A stretch of DNA of 64,000 nucleotides from Lactobacillus sp. (GTDB lineage: Bacteria; Bacillota; Bacilli; Lactobacillales; Lactobacillaceae), in the NCBI RefSeq assembly GCF_051893255.1, contig NZ_JBJFHB010000065.1:223-64222 (forward strand). The letters are read 5' to 3'. The notes under the pieces were generated by a model. That model saw only the letters and a list, made by a program, of their open reading frames with translations. It searched no databases and was not told where the DNA came from. Positions 29,976 to 40,475 of the stretch are shown piece by piece (position 1 is the stretch's first letter; each line of letters begins with the position of its first letter). The translations under genes were made by a program, and so were the position numbers.

Positions 29976-30218
29976 TCAAAATTTTAATAAAATTACCCAA
30001 ACTAGGATAATCAACAGACACACAATTAGAATAGCAAAGTTTAGCCTTCTTTTCAGGATTTTTGTCTTGTACTCTGCTGGAGATTCGGCTAAACCGGGCT
30101 CTTGCGGTCTTCTCGTATCTTTTCTCTTAGAAGCAGGAAAAGCAGCTGAATCAGCTGCTTCCTGAGTATTCTCTTGTTGCGCCTGGCGGCGTCTGTAATC
30201 GGAACGTTTTTCTGTCAT
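29976..30218 (-). CDS. Small single-pass membrane protein, MacP-like by synteny
   Basis: 80 aa, charged disordered N-terminus and C-terminal TM helix; sits between nudF and mtnN. Confidence 0.6.
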   Translation of the reverse strand: MTEKRSDYRRRQAQQENTQEAADSAAFPASKRKDTRRPQEPGLAESPAEYKTKILKRRLNFAILIVCLLIILVWVILLKF

Positions 30219-30222
30219 AACT

Positions 30223-30780
30223 CTAACCTTGTGAACCGGTCAGCAGCATGTTTTCCCATACGGAAATAGCATAAATGGTCTTAGCATCAACTATTTTGCC
30301 CTCTGTTAACAGGTTCTTTAATTCTTCTAAGCTATACCAGTCTGCTGTCAAAAATTCGTCATCATCCAAAGCCAGCTTGTTTTCAACTTGGCTTAGAGTG
30401 TCACAGTAGTAAAGATAAAGCTTTTCATTACTAAATCCTGGTGAAGTATAGAATTCGGAGACCTTTTCCCAGTATTCGGCTTTAAGGCCCCCTTCTTCAT
30501 TTAACTCCCGCTTCATTGCATCCAAGGGACTCACGTCGGTGACATCAATCATTCCAGCTGGAATTTCTAGAGTCAATTGCTTTACGGCTTCACGCCACTG
30601 GGTAACCAAGAGCATCTTTTTTTCATTGTTGATGCAGATGGCGGCAGCGGCTGGCCGGTGGTCAACCAGCTCTCGGGAAGCGGTCTTGCCGTTAGGCAGA
30701 TTCACGGTTTCAACGCTGACGCTGATAAAATTGCCGCGAAAAGCTTCCTTTGATGAAATTTCAGTTTCTTTTAAATCCAT
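30223..30780 (-). CDS. nudF: ADP-ribose pyrophosphatase (Nudix)
   Basis: EIPAG...AMKRELNEEGG Nudix box, YTSPGFSNE, DAKT. Confidence 0.9.
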   Translation of the reverse strand: MDLKETEISSKEAFRGNFISVSVETVNLPNGKTASRELVDHRPAAAAICINNEKKMLLVTQWREAVKQLTLEIPAGMIDVTDVSPLDAMKRELNEEGGLKAEYWEKVSEFYTSPGFSNEKLYLYYCDTLSQVENKLALDDDEFLTADWYSLEELKNLLTEGKIVDAKTIYAISVWENMLLTGSQG

Positions 30781-30795
30781 ACGTCATTCCTTTGC

Positions 30796-31005
30796 TTAGT
30801 CTTTGGCCAAGTAAACGTTAATGCACTGCAAGCCGTTCTTACCTTGGGCAAGCTGGTACCTTACCCTTTGGCCAACTTCCAGCCTCTTATAGCCCTCCTC
30901 CTTGATGGCAGTATAAAAGACAAAATATGATTTGTGGTTTAGATCGTCTTCGATAAAGCCAAAACTGGCTTTATCATCAAACTGTTTGACAATACCGGTT
31001 CTCAT
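30796..31005 (-). CDS. Cold-shock domain protein
   Basis: 69 aa, GIVKQFDDKASFGFI (RNP1), YFVFYTAI (RNP2 variant), GQRVRY; TAATG overlap with ileS. Confidence 0.85.
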   Translation of the reverse strand: MRTGIVKQFDDKASFGFIEDDLNHKSYFVFYTAIKEEGYKRLEVGQRVRYQLAQGKNGLQCINVYLAKD

Positions 31006-33800
31006 TACTTTTCCAGACCTTCTTCAAGTGCTTCGGGGTGATCCAGTGCTACTACGCTTGCGCAGCGGCCACACAATTCTGGCAGGCGATTGTCAGCGCC
31101 AATGTCGTTTCTGATCATCCGGCAGCGAGGACAAACTTCGCCTTCGGCGCGGCGGACAACAACGCTGGCATGGTCAAACTTGTCAGCATCTGCAGGAACT
31201 GGGCCTTGGCCGAACTTGAGCTGGGAAACGATCAAGATTTCCCGGAAGTCTTCACCAGCAAGCTTATCAAGGGCTGCTTGACTTTCTTCGTCTGGGTAAA
31301 CCGTTACTTCAGCTTCAAAGGACTTACCAATCAGCTTTTGGTCACGGGCCTTTTCCAGAGCCTTCAAAACGTCATCGCGCAGCTTCATGAAGGCATGCCA
31401 GTCTTCCTTCAATTCGTCTTGACCATCATAGTCTTCGATTTCTGGGAAGTTTGACAGGTAAACGTCATCTTCGGCTTCCTTGAGGTATTCCCAAACTTCG
31501 CCCATGGTGTGTGGCAAGATTGGGGCCAAGATCTTAGCCAATTTAACGGCAGCATCGTAGATGACCGTTTGCATAGACCGGCGAGCGTGGCTGTCCTTAG
31601 CCTCGATGTAAAGGACATCCTTGGCAAAGTCAAGGTAGAAGGCTGACAAGTCATTAGTGATGAACTTGAAGACTTGCTTGTAAACATCAGCAAAGTCATA
31701 CTTCTTGTAGTCGACCAGGCATTCAGCAACCAGGTCGTTTAACTTAACTTCCAAGTACTGGTCGATCTTGCGCAGGTCCTTAAAAGCAACCCGGTTTTCC
31801 TTTGGATCAAAGTCACTGGTGTTGGCCAGCATGTAACGGAAAGTATTTCTGATCTTCCGGTAGGCTTCTGACACTTGCTGCAAGATTTCCATAGATACGC
31901 CAACGTCGGCTGAGGAGTCAACTGAAGCTACCCACAAGCGGATAATTTCAGCCCCCATCTTCTTGATGACGTCGTTAGGAGAAATGGTGTTGCCAAGGGA
32001 CTTAGACATCTTCCGGCCTTGCCCGTCCAGGGTGAAGCCTTGTGACAAGACTGACTTGTACGGTGCTACCCCATTAGCGGCCACGCTAGTGATCAAACTA
32101 GAGTTGAACCAGCCACGGTATTGGTCGCTGCCTTCCAGGTACATGGAAGTTGGGTATTGAACATCGTAGCCCAAGGCCCGAACGCCGCTCCAGGATGTCC
32201 CTGAGTCAAACCACACGTCCAAGATGTCCGTTTCCTTAGTAAACTTGCCATTTGGTGAGTGTTCTGAAGTGAAGCCTTCTGGAAGGAGGTCTTCAACTGG
32301 GTGGGTAAACCAAGCGTTTGAGCCTTCCTTTTCAAAGAGGTCAGCGACGTGGTTGATGGTTTCTGGAGTCACGATTGCCGTACCGTCTTCAGCGTAGAAG
32401 ATTGGCAATGGCACGCCCCAAGCTCTTTGCCGGGAAATTACCCAGTCGCCCCGGTCCTTGATCATGTTGTAAAGACGAGTCTTGCCCCAGGATGGGTAGA
32501 AGTCAGTCTTTTCGATTTGGTCCAGAATTTGGTCTCTAAACTTGGAGATTGACGCAAACCACTGAGTCGTTGCCCGGTAGACAACTGGCTTCTTGGTCCG
32601 CCAGTCATGAGCTGCGGAGTGGACAAAGGTGCTGTAGTGCAGCAGGTTGCCGGCAGCAGCCAATTTGTCCTTCACGATTTCGTTGGTGTCCGTGTAGAAC
32701 TTACCAACTAAGTCCTTGTCAGGGATTTCTTCAGTGAAGCAGCCCTTGTTGTCCATTGGGGACAAAACGTCAAAGCCGTAGCGCATGGCGGTGTTGTAGT
32801 CGTCTTCACCAAAGCCAGACGCAGTGTGGACCAGGCCAGTCCCATCATCGGCAGTAACGTAGACAGCGTTCATCAAAAGGCTTTCTCTGCCTTCCAGGTA
32901 TGGGTGCTTGGCAACCATATATTCCAGGTCAGTCCCCTTCAGGTGCTGAACGGTCTTGTAGTCGCTCCAGCCCAAGATTTCCGCTACTGCTTCCAGGCGC
33001 TCAGTCCCAACCACGTAGCGGCGGTCACCAACTTCAACGACTGAGTAGTCAAACTTTGGGTTAACCGCGATCCCTTGGTTTGAAGGAATGGTCCATGGGG
33101 TAGTCGTCCAGATCAAGAAGTAAGTGTTCTTTTCATCCAGCTTGCCCTTGCCATCCTTAACTGGGAAAGAGATGTAAATGGATGGTGATTCAATATCGTG
33201 GTATTCAACTTCGGCTTCAGCCAGGGTTGATTCACTGGACCAAGACCAGTAAACAGGCTTCTTGCCTTGGTAGATGTAGCCATTTTCAAACATCTTGCCA
33301 AAGACGCGGATTTCTGCAGCTTCAAATTCTGGCAGCAAGGTGATGTATGGGTGGTCCCAGTCACCGATCACACCCAGACGCTTGAAGTCAGTCCGCTGCT
33401 TTTCTACTTGGCTCATGGCAAAGTCATAGCACAGCTTGCGGTAAGCAGCCCGGTCCATGGTCTTGCGATCAACGCCTTGCTTGGTCAGTTGCTGCTCAAT
33501 TGGCAAACCGTGAGTATCCCAGCCTGGAGTGTAAGGAGCGTAGAAGCCTGCCATGTTCTTGCTTCTGATGATGATGTCCTTAGTAATCTTGTTCAAGGCG
33601 TGACCCATGTGGATGTTGCCGTTGGCAAATGGCGGGCCATCGTGAAGGTCAAATCTTTCATGACCTTCATTTAGCTTCAGTCTTCTTTGGTAAAACTTCT
33701 GATCTTCCCAGTTCTTTTCCCATTCCGCTTCCCGCTTTGGCAGGTTGCCGCGCATTGGGAACTTGGTCTTGCCAAGATTCAGCGTATCTTTAACTCGCAT
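31005..33800 (-). CDS. ileS: Isoleucine-tRNA ligase (type 1)
   Basis: [18 protein letters not shown]-terminal CPRC...CGRC; start ATG 33800 after GAAAGGA. Confidence 0.98.
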   Translation of the reverse strand: MRVKDTLNLGKTKFPMRGNLPKREAEWEKNWEDQKFYQRRLKLNEGHERFDLHDGPPFANGNIHMGHALNKITKDIIIRSKNMAGFYAPYTPGWDTHGLPIEQQLTKQGVDRKTMDRAAYRKLCYDFAMSQVEKQRTDFKRLGVIGDWDHPYITLLPEFEAAEIRVFGKMFENGYIYQGKKPVYWSWSSESTLAEAEVEYHDIESPSIYISFPVKDGKGKLDEKNTYFLIWTTTPWTIPSNQGIAVNPKFDYSVVEVGDRRYVVGTERLEAVAEILGWSDYKTVQHLKGTDLEYMVAKHPYLEGRESLLMNAVYVTADDGTGLVHTASGFGEDDYNTAMRYGFDVLSPMDNKGCFTEEIPDKDLVGKFYTDTNEIVKDKLAAAGNLLHYSTFVHSAAHDWRTKKPVVYRATTQWFASISKFRDQILDQIEKTDFYPSWGKTRLYNMIKDRGDWVISRQRAWGVPLPIFYAEDGTAIVTPETINHVADLFEKEGSNAWFTHPVEDLLPEGFTSEHSPNGKFTKETDILDVWFDSGTSWSGVRALGYDVQYPTSMYLEGSDQYRGWFNSSLITSVAANGVAPYKSVLSQGFTLDGQGRKMSKSLGNTISPNDVIKKMGAEIIRLWVASVDSSADVGVSMEILQQVSEAYRKIRNTFRYMLANTSDFDPKENRVAFKDLRKIDQYLEVKLNDLVAECLVDYKKYDFADVYKQVFKFITNDLSAFYLDFAKDVLYIEAKDSHARRSMQTVIYDAAVKLAKILAPILPHTMGEVWEYLKEAEDDVYLSNFPEIEDYDGQDELKEDWHAFMKLRDDVLKALEKARDQKLIGKSFEAEVTVYPDEESQAALDKLAGEDFREILIVSQLKFGQGPVPADADKFDHASVVVRRAEGEVCPRCRMIRNDIGADNRLPELCGRCASVVALDHPEALEEGLEK

Positions 33801-33821
33801 ATAAAAATCCTTTCGATAAAA

Positions 33822-34020
33822 CAAAAAATCTCATCCTGAATAGGACGAGATTCTCGTGGTACCACCTAAATTGAGCCTATTGCTAGACCCCACTTATTGC
33901 CAACTTATCGGGTCAGCTGCCGGTCAGACCAATTGGCAGCTGATCGCTTTCAGGCCTTTTGTTAATCTTCCACCATCATTAACTCGCTAGATTCGCCTTC
34001 AAGCTTGACTGTCAGTCTGA
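33822..34020 (-). promoter_or_regulatory. T-box riboswitch, Ile specifier AUC
   Basis: T-box AGGTGGTACCACG (33855-33867), terminator AATCTCGTCCT...AGGATGAGATTTTTT, specifier ATC at 33942-33944. Confidence 0.92.
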
Positions 34021-34084
34021 GTTTATTAATCAAAATTATGCAATAGATAAAAAGTAATGAGAAAACTTTTATCTACATTAAAAG

Positions 34085-34113
34085 AGTTTAAGCCATTAAC
34101 TCAGGCATGTCAA
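34085..34113 (-). promoter_or_regulatory. Sigma-A promoter immediately after ylmH stop
   Basis: TTGACA-N17-TAAACT. Confidence 0.65.
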
Positions 34114-34117
34114 ATGA

Positions 34118-34918
34118 TTATTGCCTTTTTGCGGGCCAAAATTGTCCTTCAAGGTAAAAACGGCCCTTTTTGGTTGGGTAAATTGATAAGATCTTGACTC
34201 TGCCAAAGTGGCGGAGGCTGACTAAGTCACCAATCTGCACTTCTTTTTCAGCCTTCGTTTCTGGATGCCAGTTAAGGCGAACCTCCCCCGCTTCTAAAGC
34301 CTGCTTGAGCTGGGTCCTGGATTTGCCGCTTAAAGCCGCTAAAACGGCATCTAAGCGAAGAGACGCCGCTACCCCATCAAGAGCCTTAGACCCATCTTCA
34401 ATGGCCAGGAGGTCCCGCATTTCCTTTTCTTCCAGCTTCACCTTGACCGGCCCCATCCGGTAGATATTTTCGGTAAAAAAGGTTACCAGCTCTTTTTCGG
34501 CAAAAAATTGCCAGCGGCCCTGGCCATCAGTCACGATATCGCCAAAGGTCTCGGTTTTGACGCCAGAATTGGCCAAGCTGCCCAGGATTTGGCTGTGCCT
34601 TAGCTGGGCAAACTTTTGCGGATAAGAAATTTCCAGTAAAGAAACGCCAAATTCTTTTTTGGGCAAGGGCAGCCAGTCACTAGTCAAATAAACCCGCTTT
34701 TTCTCTGCTTCATCATAGCCGCCATATTCATCCAGCATGATTTCTCCGCCAGCAACAGCTTGTAAAATCTGCCTTTTGCGGGGATCCAAGAAGTCGGTTA
34801 AGACTGGTTCACCCTGGTAAAGAACCCGATTAAAAAGACCAACAAAATAGTCAATTGTTGGTCTTTCTTCTTGTTCAAAATAAGGGTAAAAGCTGCTAGC
34901 TTGTTTTTTCTCCATCAT
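34118..34918 (-). CDS. ylmH: YlmH family S4-domain RNA-binding protein
   Basis: TDFLDPR, HSQILGSL, GDIV, SLRLDAVL, LRHFGR. Confidence 0.9.
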   Translation of the reverse strand: MMEKKQASSFYPYFEQEERPTIDYFVGLFNRVLYQGEPVLTDFLDPRKRQILQAVAGGEIMLDEYGGYDEAEKKRVYLTSDWLPLPKKEFGVSLLEISYPQKFAQLRHSQILGSLANSGVKTETFGDIVTDGQGRWQFFAEKELVTFFTENIYRMGPVKVKLEEKEMRDLLAIEDGSKALDGVAASLRLDAVLAALSGKSRTQLKQALEAGEVRLNWHPETKAEKEVQIGDLVSLRHFGRVKILSIYPTKKGRFYLEGQFWPAKRQ

Positions 34919-35217
34919 GCAAAGATCCTTGCTAAGATGTTAAAAAGCCAGCCTAGTGCCACGCTTTGGATGAAATAGATAACAAACAAAGCAATCATCG
35001 GTGAAATGTCAATTCCAGTGGAGTAGATCAAGCGCAGAACTGGTCCTTGCCGGAACAAGTTGATAAAGGGGTTGACCAAGCGGTCGATCCACTGACCAAT
35101 TTGTGATTGTCTCACTCCCGGAATCCAAGACATGAAGGCGTCGATGACGATTAATAAACTGTAGGCCTCACAAATAAAATTGAGCAAGCGGTACAGAATC
35201 AGTAAAAAACTCATCAT
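34915..35217 (-). CDS. ylmG: YggT/YlmG family membrane protein
   Basis: SWIPG, LVNPF, IDISPMIA. Confidence 0.9.
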   Translation of the reverse strand: MMSFLLILYRLLNFICEAYSLLIVIDAFMSWIPGVRQSQIGQWIDRLVNPFINLFRQGPVLRLIYSTGIDISPMIALFVIYFIQSVALGWLFNILARIFA

Positions 35218-35663
35218 TAACCTAAAGTATCTTTCTTATCCAGCAATTCGGTAATCTTGCCGTCCGTTTCAAACTTTGGTGGAGTGGCCAAGAAAATCTT
35301 GTCGCCAACGCGTTGAATTTCGCCATTCAAGGCGTAAACGGTCCCGGTGATAAAGTCAACCACCCGGCGGGCAGACGCATCGTCCATCCGGGAGAAGTTG
35401 ATGATAATCGCCTTTTGGTTGAGCAAATTCTGGGCTACTTCCTTAGCATCAGAATATACTCTTGGCTCGTACAAGACAATCTTACTTGGGCCGGCGTTAA
35501 CCTGACCAGACTTAATGGAAACGACATTGTTGTCACGCGTATTGCTGCGCATGTATGCAGTGCTATCCACTTGGTCATCCATCATTTGGTCTTCGTAAGT
35601 GTCTTCTTCGTAGCTTTCGCTGTCGCCAAAGCCGAAAAAGTCCTTAAGCTTGTTGCTGCTCAT
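35217..35663 (-). CDS. sepF: Cell division protein SepF
   Basis: EPRVYSDA, RRVVDFITGTVYALNG, IFLATP. Confidence 0.95.
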   Translation of the reverse strand: MSSNKLKDFFGFGDSESYEEDTYEDQMMDDQVDSTAYMRSNTRDNNVVSIKSGQVNAGPSKIVLYEPRVYSDAKEVAQNLLNQKAIIINFSRMDDASARRVVDFITGTVYALNGEIQRVGDKIFLATPPKFETDGKITELLDKKDTLG

Positions 35664-35678
35664 TATTTAGTCGCCTCC

Positions 35679-37019
35679 TTAGCGGTCACGGCGATGCTTG
35701 AAGAATGGGATGTCGTCATCATCATCGTCATCGTCGTCATCAGTGCTGATATCAATTTGAGAAATCATGTTGCTTTGGTCAGCCGCAAATGGTGCTGCTT
35801 CTTGCTCTTGAGCCTGCTTTTCAGCCTTTGGGCTTTGCCGTCTAGAATAGTCATCATCGTTTAAGCCCCACACGCTGGTTGGGTCCATCATGCTGGCTGG
35901 CTTTTCTTCCTTGACTTCTTCTTTAGCTTCTTCCTTAACGGGTTCAGCTGCTTCTTGAACTTGTGGCTTTTCTTCTAAAATCTTAGGAGCTGGGGCCTTT
36001 TCGCGAGGAGCTGAAACTTGGTGACCGCGACCTGGCAATTGGCTAGATGCTTCTTCTTCAGCAGCTGAGTCAATCCCAGTAGCGATTACCGTTACTACGA
36101 CTTCGTCGCCCAGGTTAGGGTTGATGGCCGTACCGAAGATGATGTTCACGTCATCACCAGCTGCACTCTTCACGATATCTGAGGCATCTTGAGCTTCAAA
36201 CAAGGTCAAGTCTGGACCACCAGTGATGTTGAGCAAGACTTGCTTTGCCCCATCGATAGAAACTTCCAAAAGTGGTGAAGAAATCGCCATCTTGGTAGCT
36301 TCGGCTGAGCGGTTTTCGCCGCTGGCCCGGCCGATCCCCATCAAGGCAGCACCTTGATTTTCCATGACCGTCTTCACGTCGGCAAAGTCCAAGTTCACGT
36401 AGTCGTTAGAAGTGATCAAGTCGGAAATGCCTTGAACACCTTGCTTGAGGACATTGTCGGCTTCCTTGAAGGCTTCCATCATCGGAGTCTTCTTGTCAAC
36501 GATTTCCAGCAAGCGGTTGTTGGCAACGATAACCAAAGTGTCAACGTATTGCTTCAACTTGGCAATCCCTTCAGCGGCATTCTTTGACCGCTTTGGCCCT
36601 TCAAAGCTGAATGGGCGGGTAACGACCCCAACTGTCAAGGCGCCGGTTTCCCGGGCGATCTTGGCGATCACTGGCGCAGCACCAGTACCAGTACCGCCGC
36701 CCATGCCGGCCGTAATGAAGATCATGTCAGCGCCCTTTAATGCGTCTTCGATCGTTTCTTCGCTTTCTTCAGCAGCTTTTTGTCCAGTTTCTGGATGAGA
36801 GCCTGCCCCCAGGCCCCGGGTCAACTTTGGCCCCAGCTGAATCTTGACTTCAGCCTTGTTGCTGTTTAAGGCTTGGACGTCAGTGTTAGCCGCGATGAAA
36901 GAAACGCCTTGAACGCCATCTTCAATCATCCGGTTAACCGCGTTGCCGCCCGCGCCACCAACGCCAATTACCTTGATAACTGCGTTGTTGTTGTCATCTG
37001 AATCAAAAGTAAAATCCAT
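35679..37019 (-). CDS. ftsZ: Cell division protein FtsZ
   Basis: [26 protein letters not shown], acidic linker and DIPFF core. Confidence 0.99.
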   Translation of the reverse strand: MDFTFDSDDNNNAVIKVIGVGGAGGNAVNRMIEDGVQGVSFIAANTDVQALNSNKAEVKIQLGPKLTRGLGAGSHPETGQKAAEESEETIEDALKGADMIFITAGMGGGTGTGAAPVIAKIARETGALTVGVVTRPFSFEGPKRSKNAAEGIAKLKQYVDTLVIVANNRLLEIVDKKTPMMEAFKEADNVLKQGVQGISDLITSNDYVNLDFADVKTVMENQGAALMGIGRASGENRSAEATKMAISSPLLEVSIDGAKQVLLNITGGPDLTLFEAQDASDIVKSAAGDDVNIIFGTAINPNLGDEVVVTVIATGIDSAAEEEASSQLPGRGHQVSAPREKAPAPKILEEKPQVQEAAEPVKEEAKEEVKEEKPASMMDPTSVWGLNDDDYSRRQSPKAEKQAQEQEAAPFAADQSNMISQIDISTDDDDDDDDDDIPFFKHRRDR

Positions 37020-37033
37020 CTACTCTACCACCC

Positions 37034-38422
37034 TTAATCAAAGAACTTTCTGAAAAATGCAGCTAAGCCTTTGTCTTTGTTTTTGCTTTCTTTATTATTT
37101 TCTTCTGGGTCTGCTAGTTCTTGAGCGTCTTCAAACCCATCATGCTTAGTATTATTATAAGCTAAATCCCGGTCCTTTTCATCAGTCCGGACAGCTCTTT
37201 TAAGATTTTTTTGATTATTGCTTGCGGATCTAGTCGTTTCATTGCCAGCTAAAGCCTGATTATCATAAATCACGGTATTAGCCAAGTAGCCAATATCGCT
37301 TAGGCTGCTGGCATAGGCAACTAGACCATAAGCAACGGAATAGATCGGATTGCGCAGACCAATTTGGGCTGGCTGGTAGATCTTGGCTTTAACATCGTAG
37401 TCTTCAGCAACTAGGCCATCAATGCCCTGCAAAAGCGCGCTCCCGCCGGTAATGATGAAGCCTGCTGGCAGCCCCAAGGCACCGTGCTTATACAGGCCCT
37501 TGCCGACGTGCTTCAAGATCTGCTGCAAGCGGGCAAAAATGATCTCGCTCAGGTACTTTTCGCTGACCAAATTATTTTGGTCTTGACCAACGGCTTTAAC
37601 AGAAAACTTTTCATTTTCTGAAGCCAGCTCTGGATCAGCATAGCCATAGTCCCGCTTCAAGGCTTCAGCATCGCTCATGGTCGTTGAAAGAACAACGGAA
37701 ATGTCGTGGGTAATGTCAACAGCCCCTCTTAAGTCAACTGTAGCATAGCGAATCTGCCCGTCTTTGATGACCGTCGCCGTCGTGCTGCCACCGCCTAGAT
37801 CCAGCAAGATTGCCCCGAAGGTTCTCTCCGCTTCGTCCAAAGCCACACTAGAGACAGCCATCGGCGCTGGCACAAAGAAATTGTTGCTGATGCCGGCGTG
37901 AGCCAAAGCAGTATTGATATTGTGAATTTCGCCAGCTGGCGCCGTCATCACGACCCCTTGCACCAGCAGAGACCGGGCGATCATCGTCCGGGGATCGTCA
38001 ACGTCTTTTTCCCCATCGATCAAAAAACGGTTAGGGAAAAAGGAAACTGCTTGCCGGTCCTTCTTTTTTACAGAGCTGATCGCTGCCTGCATGACGTGTC
38101 TCACGTCTTGGTCGGTTACCTCCCGGCCTTGATCAGAAATATTGATCATGCCAGTAGCAGTTTCTAGCTGCAGCATGCTGATTGGCAGAGAGGTTACCAC
38201 GCGAAAAATATGGCTACTGGTCTTTTCCCCAGCCTGCTTGAGCGTATTTTTTACAGATTCTGCGACTTGGTCAATGTCGACGATCTTGCCATGCCGCATC
38301 CCCTTGGTTGGGCTGGCCACTGCTCCATAAACCTGCAGCCCTTGTCGCCCAGCGTCGGCGACAACAACTTTGACGCTTGTGGTCCCAATGTCCAAGCCAA
38401 CCAGTAAAGTTGAATTATCCAA
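37034..38422 (-). CDS. ftsA: Cell division protein FtsA
   Basis: GLDIGTTSVK, LDLGGGST, ITGGSALL, C-terminal FFRKFFD amphipathic helix. Confidence 0.96.
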   Translation of the reverse strand: MDNSTLLVGLDIGTTSVKVVVADAGRQGLQVYGAVASPTKGMRHGKIVDIDQVAESVKNTLKQAGEKTSSHIFRVVTSLPISMLQLETATGMINISDQGREVTDQDVRHVMQAAISSVKKKDRQAVSFFPNRFLIDGEKDVDDPRTMIARSLLVQGVVMTAPAGEIHNINTALAHAGISNNFFVPAPMAVSSVALDEAERTFGAILLDLGGGSTTATVIKDGQIRYATVDLRGAVDITHDISVVLSTTMSDAEALKRDYGYADPELASENEKFSVKAVGQDQNNLVSEKYLSEIIFARLQQILKHVGKGLYKHGALGLPAGFIITGGSALLQGIDGLVAEDYDVKAKIYQPAQIGLRNPIYSVAYGLVAYASSLSDIGYLANTVIYDNQALAGNETTRSASNNQKNLKRAVRTDEKDRDLAYNNTKHDGFEDAQELADPEENNKESKNKDKGLAAFFRKFFD

Positions 38423-38480
38423 GGTCTATTCCTCCAATACTATTATTTAAATGATATCATAAGGCTTAAAAAATATAAAG

Positions 38481-39323
38481 CTAAGACAAGCCATATGCCT
38501 TTTTTTCTGCACTAGTCAGGGGTCTGGTAAAGGCGCCAACCTCTAAATCCACGACGCTGCTAGTCGTCAAGTCCTGCTTAATTGAATTATAGTACTTGAC
38601 CTTAGATTTGATCGTTGCCGTATTGCCGATGATCACATTGCCATCTTTCATGACCATGATAATCTGGGTCTTACGGCGGGTGTTGCCAGACAGCATCTTT
38701 ACCTGCTTTTTAAAGTAGTCAGGGAAAGAATTGAAAATCTTCAGATTCTTTTTCAAAGAAACTTTCTTGCTGTAGCCAATGAAGAGCGGCTTGTCATGGT
38801 CAATCTCACTCCAAGTCAAGCGTCTAGTGCCTAGACGACCATCGGTCAAAATTTTGCGGTAGCTGCTGCCATCTTTAATATAGCCGATAATGCCTCTTTC
38901 CTGGACCTTGAAAGAAACGGTGTTGAAGTCTTCAAGAGCAAATGAGACTGACTGCACTTCTGGATAAAGCTGAGACAGCTTCTTGCTGATGCTTTTTTGC
39001 TGCTGCAAGACATCAACAACCTTTTCACTGGCCTTGATCTGGGCGGATTCGACCAAGCTATTGGCGCTCAGATCATCTGCTCCGCTCACCTTGACCGTTG
39101 ACACGTCGGCTAAAGGCGACACGTAGTAGCCTAAAAAGGCGATCATCACCGCGCAAAAGACGATGATTGAGCCCAGGCGTATCAAAAGACTCCGCCGCCG
39201 CTCTTTTTGCAAAGAGGGAAGCTGATTGGACAGCTTGTGCTGGCCCTGGTGATTCGATTCATGGTTTAAAAATTTTGAAAGCTCTTCTTGAGGGTCTTTC
39301 TTGGTAATTCGCTTACGAGCCAT
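38481..39323 (-). CDS. divIB: Cell division protein DivIB/FtsQ
   Basis: Single TM, POTRA domain, IDLEVGAF-like end; murG-divIB-ftsA context. Confidence 0.9.
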   Translation of the reverse strand: MARKRITKKDPQEELSKFLNHESNHQGQHKLSNQLPSLQKERRRSLLIRLGSIIVFCAVMIAFLGYYVSPLADVSTVKVSGADDLSANSLVESAQIKASEKVVDVLQQQKSISKKLSQLYPEVQSVSFALEDFNTVSFKVQERGIIGYIKDGSSYRKILTDGRLGTRRLTWSEIDHDKPLFIGYSKKVSLKKNLKIFNSFPDYFKKQVKMLSGNTRRKTQIIMVMKDGNVIIGNTATIKSKVKYYNSIKQDLTTSSVVDLEVGAFTRPLTSAEKKAYGLS

Positions 39324-39361
39324 CTTCTCAGCCTCCTTTTTGTTCTCTAAAAAATTGTTTT

Positions 39362-40474
39362 CTAATTCTTTTTGGCAATTTCCTGCATCACCTGGATGAC
39401 TTGGTCTGAGGCATCGGGCACGCCCAAGGCCTTAGAAGCCTTGCTCATCTTTTCGGCGTAAGTGGTATCTAAGAGCAGGTGGTCGATTGATGAAACAAAG
39501 GTATTTTCGTTTAAGTCATCTTCGGCAATCACCAAGGCCGCGCCTGCCTTTTCCAGGTCCATGGCGTTCTTCATTTGGTGGTTGTGGGTAACGTTTGGAC
39601 TAGGGATCAAGATGACCGGGACGCCCAAAGCCGTAAATTCAGCCAAGCTAGTTGCCCCAGACCGGGAAACAACGCAGGTCATTTCTGGTAGCAGGCCTGG
39701 CATGTTGGCAATGTATGGCACAACCTTGATGGAAGTGCCGTAGTCAACGTCAGCCAGCTTCTTTTCAATGGCCTTATAGTAGTAAGTCCCGGTTGCCCAG
39801 ATAACTTGATACGGCTTTTTCTTGAGTTCCATCAAGCTCTTCAGCATGACCCGGTTGATGGCCAAGGCCCCGCGTGAGCCGCCAAAGACCAAGACCGTTG
39901 GGATTTGCGGATTTAGGCCCATTTCGCCTGCTAAGTCAACCGGCTTGGCGTTCAAGCTCAAGACCTGCTGAGAGCGCGGATTGCCAGTCTTGACCAGCTT
40001 CTTTTTCTCAGGGAATTCCTTAGCTGCATCATCGAAGCTGTAGCAAATCTTGTCCACGTAGTGGCCGAGGAACTTGTTGGCCACCCCAACCACGGAGTTT
40101 GATTCGTGGATCATGGTTGGGATGTGCATCTTGCTGGCTTCATAAACGATAGCACCGCTGACATAGCCGCCCGTCCCCAAAACGACGTCTGGCTTAAAGT
40201 CAGTCAAGATTTGCCGCGCCCGCTTAGTAGCCTTCAAGAACAGACTAATCGTCTTGAAGTTCTTCATTGGGTGCTTGCGGTCAAAGCCTTGAATTTCAAT
40301 GGTTGCAAAGTTGACGCCAGCAGCTGGGACGATCTTTGATTCAAGCCCCTTTTGCGTGCCGACAAAAAGGATTTCATCGTTAGTAGAAATGCCTTCTTCT
40401 TTCAAGCGTTCGATCAAGGCCATGATTGGGTAAATGTGGCCGCCCGTGCCGCCACCGGAAAAAATAACTCTCAT
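39362..40474 (-). CDS. murG: MurG glycosyltransferase
   Basis: GGGTGGHIYP, GGYVS, HESN, GGSRGA, SRSGA. Confidence 0.98.
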   Translation of the reverse strand: MRVIFSGGGTGGHIYPIMALIERLKEEGISTNDEILFVGTQKGLESKIVPAAGVNFATIEIQGFDRKHPMKNFKTISLFLKATKRARQILTDFKPDVVLGTGGYVSGAIVYEASKMHIPTMIHESNSVVGVANKFLGHYVDKICYSFDDAAKEFPEKKKLVKTGNPRSQQVLSLNAKPVDLAGEMGLNPQIPTVLVFGGSRGALAINRVMLKSLMELKKKPYQVIWATGTYYYKAIEKKLADVDYGTSIKVVPYIANMPGLLPEMTCVVSRSGATSLAEFTALGVPVILIPSPNVTHNHQMKNAMDLEKAGAALVIAEDDLNENTFVSSIDHLLLDTTYAEKMSKASKALGVPDASDQVIQVMQEIAKKN

Positions 40475-40475
40475 T

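Noticed and set aside
35700-35750. GAY trinucleotide run in ftsZ (poly-Asp)
   Set aside because: In-frame acidic linker before the conserved C-terminal peptide with mixed GAT/GAC codons; not a phase-variable tract
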